Positions 55,601 through 64,000 of a stretch of DNA of 64,000 nucleotides are shown piece by piece. Under the pieces are notes generated by a model that was not told the origin of the DNA, did no database searches, and worked only from the letters and a program-made list of their open reading frames with translations. Each line of letters opens with the position of its first letter. Position 1 is the stretch's first letter. Source of the DNA: Methanobacteriota archaeon (GTDB lineage: Archaea; Thermoplasmatota; Thermoplasmata; SG8-5; JAGLSY01); NCBI GenBank assembly GCA_020696385.1, contig JAEHCQ010000006.1:32001-96000 (forward strand), written 5' to 3'. Made by a program: the position numbers and the translations under genes.

Positions 55601-57440
55601 CGGTGTTGATGACAGAGCCGCTCTGAAAGGATACCTTGACCAGGGCTTAACATCTTCCGGTACAGTGCCAATGGCATTGGTATCTGGTCAGGATGTAGGC
55701 TGGGACATGGGACCTGAAGGAACTGATGTCAACGTAGCCTGGCTCGCAGATTACCTGGCATCCACTTACAACAGGGATGATGCAGACGGCGGAGCCGGTA
55801 ATGAAGGTGACCGATCAGGGAACCCACCTGGGCGGGTAGACGGTATCATTCCAATGATGGTCAATGATATCGGCCATCCTCTGAACAGCATATACTCCTT
55901 CAACAACATGGACCTTGAGCAGACCGTTTACGGCGCAGACAGGTTCTGGCCGGACAGTCTCGATGTAGCACAGAATATCCAGGGAACAACAGGAGTTGCT
56001 TCATGGGACTATGACTCCAGCCAGGTCGCAGGCGACTGCGCTGCTGTCGCCCAGATCGATGGTGGATTAGCTGGAAACGCAAGGATACAGTTCGAGGGAT
56101 TCTCTCATGATATGCTGACTACCACAGGTGCAGCAAACTGGGATCCAGCAGGATCACCACCAACAATAGATGCTTACAGAGCAGGTGTTCTTGATGAGAC
56201 AGTTCAGTGGCTTCTTGGTGGAAACCACCCAACAGTCGATCTCGCAGATCCAATTGGCGGAGAGACCATAACAGCAGCAGCAACATACACGATCGATTGG
56301 ACTGTTGCAGGGGCCTCATCTGTAGATGTTTACTACAGCGCCAACAGTGGTCAGGAGTACATCAAGATAAACGGTGCTCCATTGCCAGGTACTCAGACAA
56401 GTTTGTCATGGGATATATCTGCCCTTGAAGACGCTGACACCTACAGGGTGAAGGTCGTTGCTCTCGGTAGTGCTATCTACTCAACACTGAGTGATTACAG
56501 CGAGTCCTTGAACTTCGAGATAGACCACGATATTGACAACACACCACCAATAACCATACCAGGTTCTGTTAACACAGATCTGAACCCGATCGCAGCAGGT
56601 GACACAGTTGTTCTGACAGCGACCATTGATGATTCGACCACTGGAATGTCTACAATTCAGGCAGCCGAGTGGTGCATTGCATTCTCACCAGCAACAACAC
56701 CAAGCTGGCCAGGAACCGCAATGAGTGCTCAGGATGGCACCTTCGACGCTATGATCGAGGGAGTTACGGTAACCATACCAGGCTCAACAACATCATCATG
56801 GGCAACGGGTGTAACACATCACTTGTGGGTCAGAGGACAGGACAGCGCAGGTAACTGGGCCGGTTCCTACGAGACAGAGATAACTGTCACAGGAGTCGCC
56901 GTACCACCATCAACCTATGATTTCGGAGGACTTGCAACAGGATGGAATTTCGTATCCTTCCCTGTTGACGTTACCAACACTGTATTGTCTGTATTCGATG
57001 ATGACACCTGGGGTGACGGTGGAACCGATTGGGATATTATCACATGGTATAACCCAAGCGAAGTTGATCACTGGAAGACCTATGACAAGAACCAGGCAGC
57101 AGCTGGCCTTGCACAGGACATGCCATTGGCCGATAACATGAAGGGATTCTGGATACACATCACCACAGCAGACAACGACTTCGAGGTCGGTAATGGTGTA
57201 GATGATGCATCCACAGGTATCGCTCTGTCTGCAGGATGGAACCTTGTTGGTTACCCTGCAAACGACGATTCATCCTACGATGTTAACGACCTGATAGCAG
57301 CCACTGGTGCTACAGCAGTTGAAGGTTACGGAGCTGGACCATACGATCTTGTATCACTTGCCGGTAACTACGTACTTGTACGTGGTGAGGCATACTGGGT
57401 CAAGGTTGGATCCGGTGGAACCTGGACAGTCGACTGGTAA
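52632..57440 (+). CDS. Secreted multidomain S8 serine peptidase (KP-43-like catalytic domain)
   Basis: Intact D (VAIGDSG), H (YHGSHVAG), N (AAGNDG) and S (QGTSMATP); propeptide; C-terminal beta-barrel, FN3-like, LLVDDD and Ig-like domains; terminal double GWN domain. Confidence 0.93.
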   Translation: MDNDKGTKQFVSMAVAIVIALSMILSATALLINIPVNVTGADVSEEQVVAQPPSTEIWLKNARFNTAMGDPAMPSTLGINAYPNHVKGTYIVQKSGAVTEEWKADIARAGGEILSYIPDNALLVRMDNSAKGRVEAVNGNQWTGIYQPAYKISPELDGRHGEVTVNIDIFDGGNNGPAVRLLKDNGGTIISVVRNDNINKIVAKFDASLMGDLASFPDVSWMSEGVQNKIVNDGSVLIAQSGVPPTSAIIHGYGIQGQGQVVAIGDSGLAEGLGATDVDHDNFNGGGYDVGSGDKVLDYYVPGDADGALGDEAGASYHGSHVAGTVLGDGAPYGAYTTASYDGHAYMAQVIFQDMGREDDPATPVVNEVEFIYSPTDSYNDMFFITEEAGAKFHTNSWGGGFGYMSDAQQEDLYMWDSQDYTILFAAGNDGAADTVGSQAELKNGFAVASLSATGTSLSSFSSRGPAVDGRIKPDIAFCGESIMSVDGGGGFQSMQGTSMATPGVAGNLALVRQYYTEGWYPTGAEISANGFNPSAALIKATVLNGGNDISSSRPDFSQGWGRLNLDDSLYFSGDAMNVFAHDNLEGMVTGDYIDFPIGVDSGALDFTATVVWTDYPGNPTAAKMLVNDLGLLVMGPGGTQWRGNNHAGGYSQATGTSNNYDSLNNVEDVRINNPAAGTYVVRVSAENIAMGPQNFAVVISGALTDGYGMVFMDRTVYDDADSITVTVEDSNNPAPTVDVTLTTAITGDSETITLGWTAIQSGVYNVGAPIATNVASVAADGVLQVAHGDTITASYDDGDPSFTATTVAWADFHGPLISNVFVTGITGTTGVPTWDTDENADSLVTYRTAEVISPPIPAGSWLTSSVGDLSLMHSVPCKGLAEDTKYEFYVESTDWRGRTTMDDNGGRFYTFRTTSAASGGALILLVDDDIGSVSDIDGAPFELDWMNNLDNYGWTYTHWDMNILGSPTTADLNQAPMIIWTVSEGYPQIGVDDRAALKGYLDQGLTSSGTVPMALVSGQDVGWDMGPEGTDVNVAWLADYLASTYNRDDADGGAGNEGDRSGNPPGRVDGIIPMMVNDIGHPLNSIYSFNNMDLEQTVYGADRFWPDSLDVAQNIQGTTGVASWDYDSSQVAGDCAAVAQIDGGLAGNARIQFEGFSHDMLTTTGAANWDPAGSPPTIDAYRAGVLDETVQWLLGGNHPTVDLADPIGGETITAAATYTIDWTVAGASSVDVYYSANSGQEYIKINGAPLPGTQTSLSWDISALEDADTYRVKVVALGSAIYSTLSDYSESLNFEIDHDIDNTPPITIPGSVNTDLNPIAAGDTVVLTATIDDSTTGMSTIQAAEWCIAFSPATTPSWPGTAMSAQDGTFDAMIEGVTVTIPGSTTSSWATGVTHHLWVRGQDSAGNWAGSYETEITVTGVAVPPSTYDFGGLATGWNFVSFPVDVTNTVLSVFDDDTWGDGGTDWDIITWYNPSEVDHWKTYDKNQAAAGLAQDMPLADNMKGFWIHITTADNDFEVGNGVDDASTGIALSAGWNLVGYPANDDSSYDVNDLIAATGATAVEGYGAGPYDLVSLAGNYVLVRGEAYWVKVGSGGTWTVDW

Positions 57441-57459
57441 GCAAGAACCTAAGCAAAAT

Positions 57460-57497
57460 GAGAGAGCCTTCGGGCTCTCTCCCTTTTAACTTTTTTT
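57460..57497 (+). terminator. Intrinsic-type terminator hairpin after the S8 peptidase
   Basis: GAGAGAGCC-TTCG-GGCTCTCTC (C-UUCG-G tetraloop) followed by T tracts. Confidence 0.8.
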
Positions 57498-57631
57498 AAG
57501 ATGTGCATTTCCAGGAAATGCATGCATCTTTTTTATCAAACACGAATCTTTACTTCATATATTCTAGTGTTTGATTCGATTATTTTTTATTGTTCAGCTT
57601 TGGGTTTGTTTCCATTTGTTATGCTGGTGTG

Positions 57632-57885
57632 GATAAAACCCCCGCCCATCGTTCTTAGTTCGAATCGCTTTGCGTCTCGAACTAATTATTTGCGAAATTT
57701 ACGCAAATAAGGACTCCTGGCGGGGCTCAGTTTAACTCCTCGCTTTCAATGCGAGGAGAATATCTTTTTTGCAGGGTCATCAGGTGTCACTCGAATGATC
57801 ATTGAATATAGTACCCCGACCCTGCTTTAATCGGGTCGAGGCATGCTCGCACAGATCCGCATATTCATTGTAGAGAATATGCTCT
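57632..57885. other. Multi-hairpin intergenic element (candidate ncRNA or non-autonomous palindromic mobile element)
   Basis: Three-way junction 57640-57725 plus hairpins at 57736-57758, 57817-57838 and 57859-57882, in an otherwise AT-rich convergent spacer. Confidence 0.45.
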
Positions 57886-58063
57886 GCAACAACTACGCTC
57901 TGTTGAAAATACTCCTTGTACTTTCTATTATGATATAATTGTAATCTGTATAATTTGTAAGACTACTGTTATAATATATGTATATAATGTAAATATGATA
58001 TTTGTAATTCAAATGATATTTATCTAAATAATAATAGAACAATAGAAAGAAAGTATATATTGA

Positions 58064-61000
58064 TTAAATTCTCAACTTGACACGCTTTACTTCTTTCTTC
58101 TCTTCCTTCTTTTCCTCTGGTTTTGGTGTTACAGGCTTCTGCTCCGGAGCCAGTGTTGGAACTGGGGTTGGTGCGGGCTTTGCAGGTGTTGGGCTTGGTG
58201 TTGCTGGTGTAGCGCCTCCGAGATCCCCAAGTACATCATCTTCCGCATCCTTGTCCATCTTTTCAGCAAAGCTGTTCTCGCAGTTGGTACATTTGCCGAA
58301 CCTTGTCGCACACATGCTGTGATATTCTTTGCCGCAACTGCATTTTACTATGTCAAGGCCCTTTTTCACGGTTCCCATACAAACATTACATTTCAGATCT
58401 TCAGGTGCTTTTAGCTTTTCAAAGGATGAGTCTTTCATCTTTTTCACTTCAATGTCCTCAACCACGACAATGCTTGTTGTAATTGTGTCAGTGAACTTCT
58501 GATTGTCCATCAATCTGTGATATGTTATGTCAAGGATCACTGGTTGTTCACCGATGCCCTCTGTGAACTTTATCTTGATCGGTATGGTGATCTGACTGCC
58601 GCCTCCCATGAGCTTATCTGTGTTCAGATCTCCATAGTATTCGATATCTCCTAACATTTTGATGGAGATGTCAGTACCCAATGTCTTTCCATTATTGGTG
58701 ATCGTGATCTCTGTATCCACCCAATGACCTTTGATGACCCTATCGTCTGTGATGTCGGCAGTAAGCTTGGGTCGGAAGTCATCCATTGTGCTCTGTGCTA
58801 GTTTGATACTTTGATCTACAAGCTTTATTGCCTGCTTGTGATCTTCAGATTTGATATCTCTTGCTTGCGCGAACAAAGTTTCTGCTTCTTCAACTTTGAT
58901 GCCAAATTTCTTGGCAGTGGATATCAGCGAGTTTGCTTTATATGTCAGCTCGATGAACTCTTTTTCGATACCCTTTTGAAGATCTGAGATATTGCTCATG
59001 CTCTTCTTTGCCAATTCCAATGCATTCATGTATCTCTTTATCTTCAATGATTCTTTTGCATCTTCCAGAAGGCTCAATGTTTCCGTAATATCTATGCCAA
59101 AGCCCTTTGCATGGTTTGCTGATGACTCTGAATCCGATATGAAATCTGAAACATGCTTATTCAAAATTGATACTGCTTGATCTGATGCGGTAGTGATCTT
59201 CTCGTTTGATATTCTGAACTTACCAGTTTCCATAAATGTTTTGGATTCTGCTATGATGGAGCTTAGTCCTTCCATGTCAAGGCTGAGGCTCACACCCAGA
59301 TCTATCAATTTGTAGGTGTCTGTTATCTTGGATGATAATTTTGAATAGGTTAGTCTTTGACCTTCTACCAATCCTTCCTTGGCGATTTCCTGAGCTGTCT
59401 TGTAATCATGACCGCTCATGGCATTCTCAGCATCCAATTGTAATTTTTTGGCAAGAGATATTTCGACGCCGATCTCTACAGCGGCGTCTATCTGTGACCT
59501 GAGAAGTTTCATCTGTTCTTCTGCAACCGAGAACTCCTCTCTTACCTTGTAAAGTTCATCTCCGCTTTGGATCGCATTTTCCAAAGCTTTGACATAATCT
59601 CCATTTGTGATGTTCTTCTGGGCATTTTCCAATAAGTTCTTTGCCTGTCTTGAGAATATGCCTTGTTTATCTGCCTCATCCATCTTTGTCTCTGCTGTTT
59701 TGATGGCTTTGGCGGCCATGTCTTGCTGAAGGCCGACCTTCTCGAGCTCTCCTTCACTCCTCATGGCAAGTTCCAATGCGGTTTTGTTATCGCCCTTCTC
59801 GAATGCTTCTCTGGCCTGCTCAAGAAGTTTTTCTGCAGCAGTTACAGAGACCCCATCACCCTTGGCTTTCTCAGCAGCAGACCTGAAATTTGATATGGTT
59901 TGAGTTATGTGATCATTGATCGCTTTTTCTGCGGCCTTAAGTCCATCATCTGAAAGATTGATCACACTTTCATATTTATGATTCCTCAGTTCTTCCATTG
60001 CATTATCTCTGAGCTTTTTCACATCCTCTGTGTCTGCATAGAGATTCTCTGCTTCACTGATCCTGTCCTGCAGGTCCTTGAACTTCATGGCAGCGCTCTG
60101 ACTGAGTTCTTTAATGTTCATCACTTCATCTTTTGCAGCCCTTGCGAATTCGATCGACTTGGTAAAGTCAGACTCTGTGAGCATTGTTCTTGCACTATCC
60201 AGTTTGGAATTTGGTGAGGTTATATCGATCCCGACCTCTTTTGCATCAATCAATGCCGATTCAGCTTCAGATATCAGATTGGTAATATTTGTGTTCAGAA
60301 GATCGAGTGTGCTATTCTCTATCTTTTCAGACAGCTCGATAGATGATGCAACATCCTTGTTCTTCATGGCAGTTTTTGTTTCTTCCATCAAGTTGTTAAG
60401 ATGATCAATATCGACATTCAATGTCTCCAGATGTGATAGGTATTTCCTTGCGGTTGAAAGATTATTAGCAGAAGTGTAGAGAGCAACTATATTGTCTGTT
60501 TCTTCCTTTGCATTATCAGACAATTCTTTTGCTTCAGAATATTTTGCATTCTCGAAAGCACTTTTTGCCTTGAGCAATGTTTCCATGATCGTATTGACAT
60601 CAGCATCATTTTTCTTGGCTTCTGCCACCATTGCCGCGGCCTGTGTCATGGATTCATACGCCGCCTGATGATCATCTATAATGGACCTGGCAGTTTTGAG
60701 GGTCATGCTGCTCTCGTCCATAGTGGTCTTATAATCTCCTTTCTCGAAGCCTGCCTTTGCACGCTTGAGAGCGTCCCTCATCTCATTAATATCAATACCA
60801 AGTTTCTTGGCTTCGATGACCTCTATCTTTGCATCTCCGAATTTCTTTTCTGCAGTTATCTTCTGTAGATTTATGGCATTGCGATAGACCTTTTCTGAAA
60901 GGTCTTGCGCCATTTGGAAATCCCTTCCGCTCATATTGTCATAGGATGCCTTGATATCCTGTTCAATGCTTGAAATATCACAATCCATCTCCTTGGCGAT

Positions 61001-62797
61001 CTTCACTGCATTTTCCATAAGCGATATCGTTTCCCTTGCTTTTGCGGATTGTGCTGTTTCCATCATGCTCAGGGCCTTATCCGCCTGCCTATATGCCTCA
61101 TCAAAGGCATTTTGCTCAAAGGCACTCTTTGCTTTGCCTATCAATGATTCTATCTCATTTTCATCCACTCCAGAGACTTCCTGAAGTGCTAGTTCTGCTG
61201 ATGCAATGGTATTGGAAACATGGATCTTGATTATTTCCTCTGCACGGTTTATGGCCTTGTCTGCTTCTTCCAATGCTATCCTGTGCTCCCCTTCTTTTAC
61301 TGCCTTGATCGCATTGTGCATGTAATCATTTGGTTCATCCAGGAGAGCTCCCAAACTGTCACCTGCAGAGATTACAAGTTCTGCAGTCTCTATCATGTCT
61401 GTGATGAAGGAGTACAAGGTTCCATCCAGGATCTTTGATGCGTTTTCCCTGTAGTTATTTGATTCTGAGATATTGTTGGATTCAAAATAGCTAACTGCCT
61501 TTTTGAATAATTCTTCAACATCTGCAATGTCCACTCCCAGCTCGCGTGCTTCATTGAGCTTCGCCTCGAAATCATTGAGCACATCTTCTGTCAGATCGAA
61601 CTGGCTTATTATCTCATCGACGACCTTGTCTCCTTGGTTCGCCATCTGCAATGACTCCAGGAAATCACCATCTTTCAGAGCCTCACGGGCTTTGTTAAGA
61701 AAGTCTATGGCCTCGCTAAGATCTGCCTTGTATTTCTTGGCCTTCATGAACTTGGATCGTGATTGTGATATGGTCTTCAAGACCTTCTGGAACTGTGTGT
61801 TCTGTATCTCTTCCGAGCTGTCTTTGAGAGCAGATAGGGCTTCGATATAATTACCATTCTTCAAGGCATTCCTGGCCCTGTTGATTATTTCATTGGCCTT
61901 GTCTGTATCTGCCTTGATGGTCTCGGCTTTTTCTATGTCTGTCAGCCTGTTCTCGATATTGGATGAAATGGAAATACTCAATGTCTTCTCTGCTTCTGAT
62001 TTACAGAGACGTGATGTACTCAATGCCTTTTCGAACTCACTGGTCTCCAATTCCAGCTCGATCTTTGCCAGTAATTCCTCGATCTTGGAAACATCAGCAT
62101 CAAGCTCTTTTGCACTGATAAGGAACCCTCTGGCCTCGTCCATCATCTCATCTATCTGTGCATGTATGCCCGTGTTCAATCCAGATATGCACTGTTTGAT
62201 ATTATCCAGGGCTGCTGGATAGTCTTGATTGTTCATATATTCCCTGGCATTTTCCAATAATCCTTCTGACGAGGTCATGTCCTCTCCGCTGTTCCTTGCG
62301 AGGACTATCATAGATTGGGCTGTGGAGAATTGATCTGATAAGTGTTCATGCACTACCTTTTCCAGATCCTCCCAGCATTGTTTTGATAGATCAATGGCCT
62401 TATCAAATTCATTATTCAAAATTATCTTCTTTGCTTCTTCCAACAATGCGGCAGCTTTATCAGATGGCTTGCCAAAGCCCTGGACGAGCTCCAGTAGGCT
62501 TGCCGTGGATTCCACGATCTTCATGGAATGTTCACTGTATTTCTTATTGGTCATCTCTTTGGAGCGTGTAGCAAAACCCAGTGCATTTTTATATTCCTTA
62601 TTATCAAAAGCTGCAGTAGCCTGCTGGTAGAGCTCTGTAGCTTCGGATAGGTTGATATCTGATACTTTAGCTAGCTCTATTGCTCCCTGTGCTGCCTGCA
62701 ATTCTTCCTCTGCAGATTGACGATTCTTGGTAGCTTCTTTTGCTTTTTCCTCTAGCTGTTTCGTCAACTGCATAGCTTTTAGATAGCTACTTGGCAC
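58064..62797 (-). CDS. Large alpha-helical repeat protein with a C-terminal Ig/CARDB-like domain and a C4HC3 (RING-v/PHD-like) finger
   Basis: About 20 repeats of A.e.G.D...a..ll..A..a...g.y..A; ITITNNG beta domain; CNVC-x12-CSC-x4-H-x2-C-x6-CTNC; GTG start with a GGAGTGG RBS. Confidence 0.75.
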   Translation of the reverse strand: MPSSYLKAMQLTKQLEEKAKEATKNRQSAEEELQAAQGAIELAKVSDINLSEATELYQQATAAFDNKEYKNALGFATRSKEMTNKKYSEHSMKIVESTASLLELVQGFGKPSDKAAALLEEAKKIILNNEFDKAIDLSKQCWEDLEKVVHEHLSDQFSTAQSMIVLARNSGEDMTSSEGLLENAREYMNNQDYPAALDNIKQCISGLNTGIHAQIDEMMDEARGFLISAKELDADVSKIEELLAKIELELETSEFEKALSTSRLCKSEAEKTLSISISSNIENRLTDIEKAETIKADTDKANEIINRARNALKNGNYIEALSALKDSSEEIQNTQFQKVLKTISQSRSKFMKAKKYKADLSEAIDFLNKAREALKDGDFLESLQMANQGDKVVDEIISQFDLTEDVLNDFEAKLNEARELGVDIADVEELFKKAVSYFESNNISESNNYRENASKILDGTLYSFITDMIETAELVISAGDSLGALLDEPNDYMHNAIKAVKEGEHRIALEEADKAINRAEEIIKIHVSNTIASAELALQEVSGVDENEIESLIGKAKSAFEQNAFDEAYRQADKALSMMETAQSAKARETISLMENAVKIAKEMDCDISSIEQDIKASYDNMSGRDFQMAQDLSEKVYRNAINLQKITAEKKFGDAKIEVIEAKKLGIDINEMRDALKRAKAGFEKGDYKTTMDESSMTLKTARSIIDDHQAAYESMTQAAAMVAEAKKNDADVNTIMETLLKAKSAFENAKYSEAKELSDNAKEETDNIVALYTSANNLSTARKYLSHLETLNVDIDHLNNLMEETKTAMKNKDVASSIELSEKIENSTLDLLNTNITNLISEAESALIDAKEVGIDITSPNSKLDSARTMLTESDFTKSIEFARAAKDEVMNIKELSQSAAMKFKDLQDRISEAENLYADTEDVKKLRDNAMEELRNHKYESVINLSDDGLKAAEKAINDHITQTISNFRSAAEKAKGDGVSVTAAEKLLEQAREAFEKGDNKTALELAMRSEGELEKVGLQQDMAAKAIKTAETKMDEADKQGIFSRQAKNLLENAQKNITNGDYVKALENAIQSGDELYKVREEFSVAEEQMKLLRSQIDAAVEIGVEISLAKKLQLDAENAMSGHDYKTAQEIAKEGLVEGQRLTYSKLSSKITDTYKLIDLGVSLSLDMEGLSSIIAESKTFMETGKFRISNEKITTASDQAVSILNKHVSDFISDSESSANHAKGFGIDITETLSLLEDAKESLKIKRYMNALELAKKSMSNISDLQKGIEKEFIELTYKANSLISTAKKFGIKVEEAETLFAQARDIKSEDHKQAIKLVDQSIKLAQSTMDDFRPKLTADITDDRVIKGHWVDTEITITNNGKTLGTDISIKMLGDIEYYGDLNTDKLMGGGSQITIPIKIKFTEGIGEQPVILDITYHRLMDNQKFTDTITTSIVVVEDIEVKKMKDSSFEKLKAPEDLKCNVCMGTVKKGLDIVKCSCGKEYHSMCATRFGKCTNCENSFAEKMDKDAEDDVLGDLGGATPATPSPTPAKPAPTPVPTLAPEQKPVTPKPEEKKEEKKEVKRVKLRI

Positions 62798-63231
62798 TTA
62801 TTCCACTCCAAATCCCGAGAAATCTGCCCAATCAGAAGCAATATATCCCAAATAATATAGCTTCAGCTATTTCCCATATACAGTTATAGTAACATTATAT
62901 TTATTATATATAAGTGTATCCACATACCCATTAAATAATTAATATATATGTATATTAGTAAATTGTTAGGGTGTATATCGTTAATATGTATCTGTTTCCT
63001 CAATGTTTTTACACATAATAATAACAATTGTTTTATAAAAATCATATTATGATTATATTCTCATATTAATATAATATGGTTCTTCTAATTTGTACTGTGT
63101 GGTGGTCATGTGAAGGATATAATGCATAATTTCAGCATCAAATGAATATTTATACACTCATTCATTTACTGTCCTTGAATATTGCATTGATGGGTATTCA
63201 AATTGACTTATAATGATGGATCGGTGTGAAG

Positions 63232-64000
63232 ATGTCTGAGATCGGGAGTAGCTATGATGTTATTGTGGTGGGCGGTGGCCCCATCGGCTCAAAAACAGCA
63301 TCCCTTGTCTCCCAGGCAGGTCTTGATGTTCTTGTCATTGAAGAACATAAAGCAATTGGCTCACCTTTGCAATGTGCCGGAATTGTCAGCACTCGTATCG
63401 AGGAACTGGCTTATGATGGTCTTCCAATACTGAATAGAATAAAAGGTGGAAAGATAGTCTCGCCAAATTCCACAACTCTTTCTTTAAGGTCTGATTCCAA
63501 CAAGGCCCTGATATTGGATCGGCAAAAGTTCGATGTAGGGATGGCTGCAAAAGCAGTGGATGCTGGTTCTTCGATCTCAATGGGATCGCGGTTCATTGGG
63601 ATGAAGCATTCTCATGGGAAGATCACTGCCAGTATCAAACTGAATGGTATTACTGAACTAATTTCTTCTAGATTGATAATTGGTGCTGATGGGCCACGTT
63701 CTGATGTTAGAGTGGCCAATGGCCTGCTTCCACCTCAGGAATATCTTTATGGTATGCAGACCGAAGTTCCAATATCTCTTCTTCCGAATTTGATACAGGA
63801 TGAGGTTGAGATCCATATTGGCAGTCAAATAGCCCCGGGATTCTTTTCATGGCTAATTCCAACCGGAGAAAATGTGCGTATTGGACTCTGTACATCTGGT
63901 GATGTGTATCCAAAGCGGTTCTTCAATTCCTTCATGAAAAAACTTGGAATATCAAATATTAAGACACCAATAAGTTCTGGCTCGATACCACTTGGCCTTA
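63232..64000 (+). CDS. Geranylgeranyl reductase family FAD oxidoreductase (runs off the window end)
   Basis: Not in the ORF track. Own translation gives YDVIVVGGGPIGS, IEEHKAIGSPLQCAG, LDRQKFD, IIGADG, APGFFSWLIP. Confidence 0.9.
   Translation, partial: MSEIGSSYDVIVVGGGPIGSKTASLVSQAGLDVLVIEEHKAIGSPLQCAGIVSTRIEELAYDGLPILNRIKGGKIVSPNSTTLSLRSDSNKALILDRQKFDVGMAAKAVDAGSSISMGSRFIGMKHSHGKITASIKLNGITELISSRLIIGADGPRSDVRVANGLLPPQEYLYGMQTEVPISLLPNLIQDEVEIHIGSQIAPGFFSWLIPTGENVRIGLCTSGDVYPKRFFNSFMKKLGISNIKTPISSGSIPLGL

Noticed and set aside
57600-57900. RNase P RNA, SRP RNA or tRNA
   Set aside because: No GAGGAAAGTCC / terminal P4 motif, no SRP helix-8 motif, and no cloverleaf with a T-loop on either strand.
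58064-62797. SMC/Rad50 chromosome-segregation ATPase
   Set aside because: No Walker A/B or signature motif and no hinge; a short helical-hairpin repeat pattern instead.

Overview
Archaeal chromosomal DNA. Evidence: archaeal-type GluRS, SRP54, TrmY, geranylgeranyl reductase, a KaiC/RAD55-like ATPase, GGAGGTGA ribosome-binding sites and very AT-rich spacers. The gene content (giant secreted subtilases, Zn-ribbon and helical-repeat proteins, group 3b hydrogenases) fits an anaerobic, peptide-fermenting Thermoplasmatota; this assignment is inference only. From 0.3 to 18 kb is a hydrogenase island: two paralogous double-Lrp/AsnC-like regulators, each divergent from a [NiFe]-hydrogenase operon, followed by a maturation protease and hypCAD. 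Operon 2 is a sulfhydrogenase-type (group 3b) enzyme with fused beta-gamma subunits, headed by a KaiC-like ATPase. Operon 1 is the highlight. It is a hybrid in which a [NiFe] small subunit and a bifurcating [FeFe] HydA appear to have reciprocally swapped halves across two genes, the H-cluster pocket is degenerate, and HydB is fused to a GltD/NfnB module. Three of its four internal gene junctions each carry a homologous 18-19 codon mini-ORF, missing from the ORF track, with its own RBS. From 18 to 39 kb are housekeeping genes (HIT, gltX, aminotransferase, deaminase, srp54, trmY), a catalytic-domain-only tyrosine recombinase beside a dif-like 11-6-11 site, larC/larE/larB, and a permuted, degenerate ChlI/ChlD-like pair. 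From 39 to 58 kb is a proteolysis/surface island: an M29 aminopeptidase, a 3400-aa subtilase whose catalytic residues are all substituted, a GIFT/DUF4350-like protein, an intact 1602-aa subtilase and a multi-hairpin intergenic element. From 58 to 64 kb are a 1577-aa helical-repeat protein with a C4HC3 finger and a partial geranylgeranyl reductase. No rRNA, tRNA, CRISPR array or transposase was recognised. All alignments were done by eye; no database searches were run.
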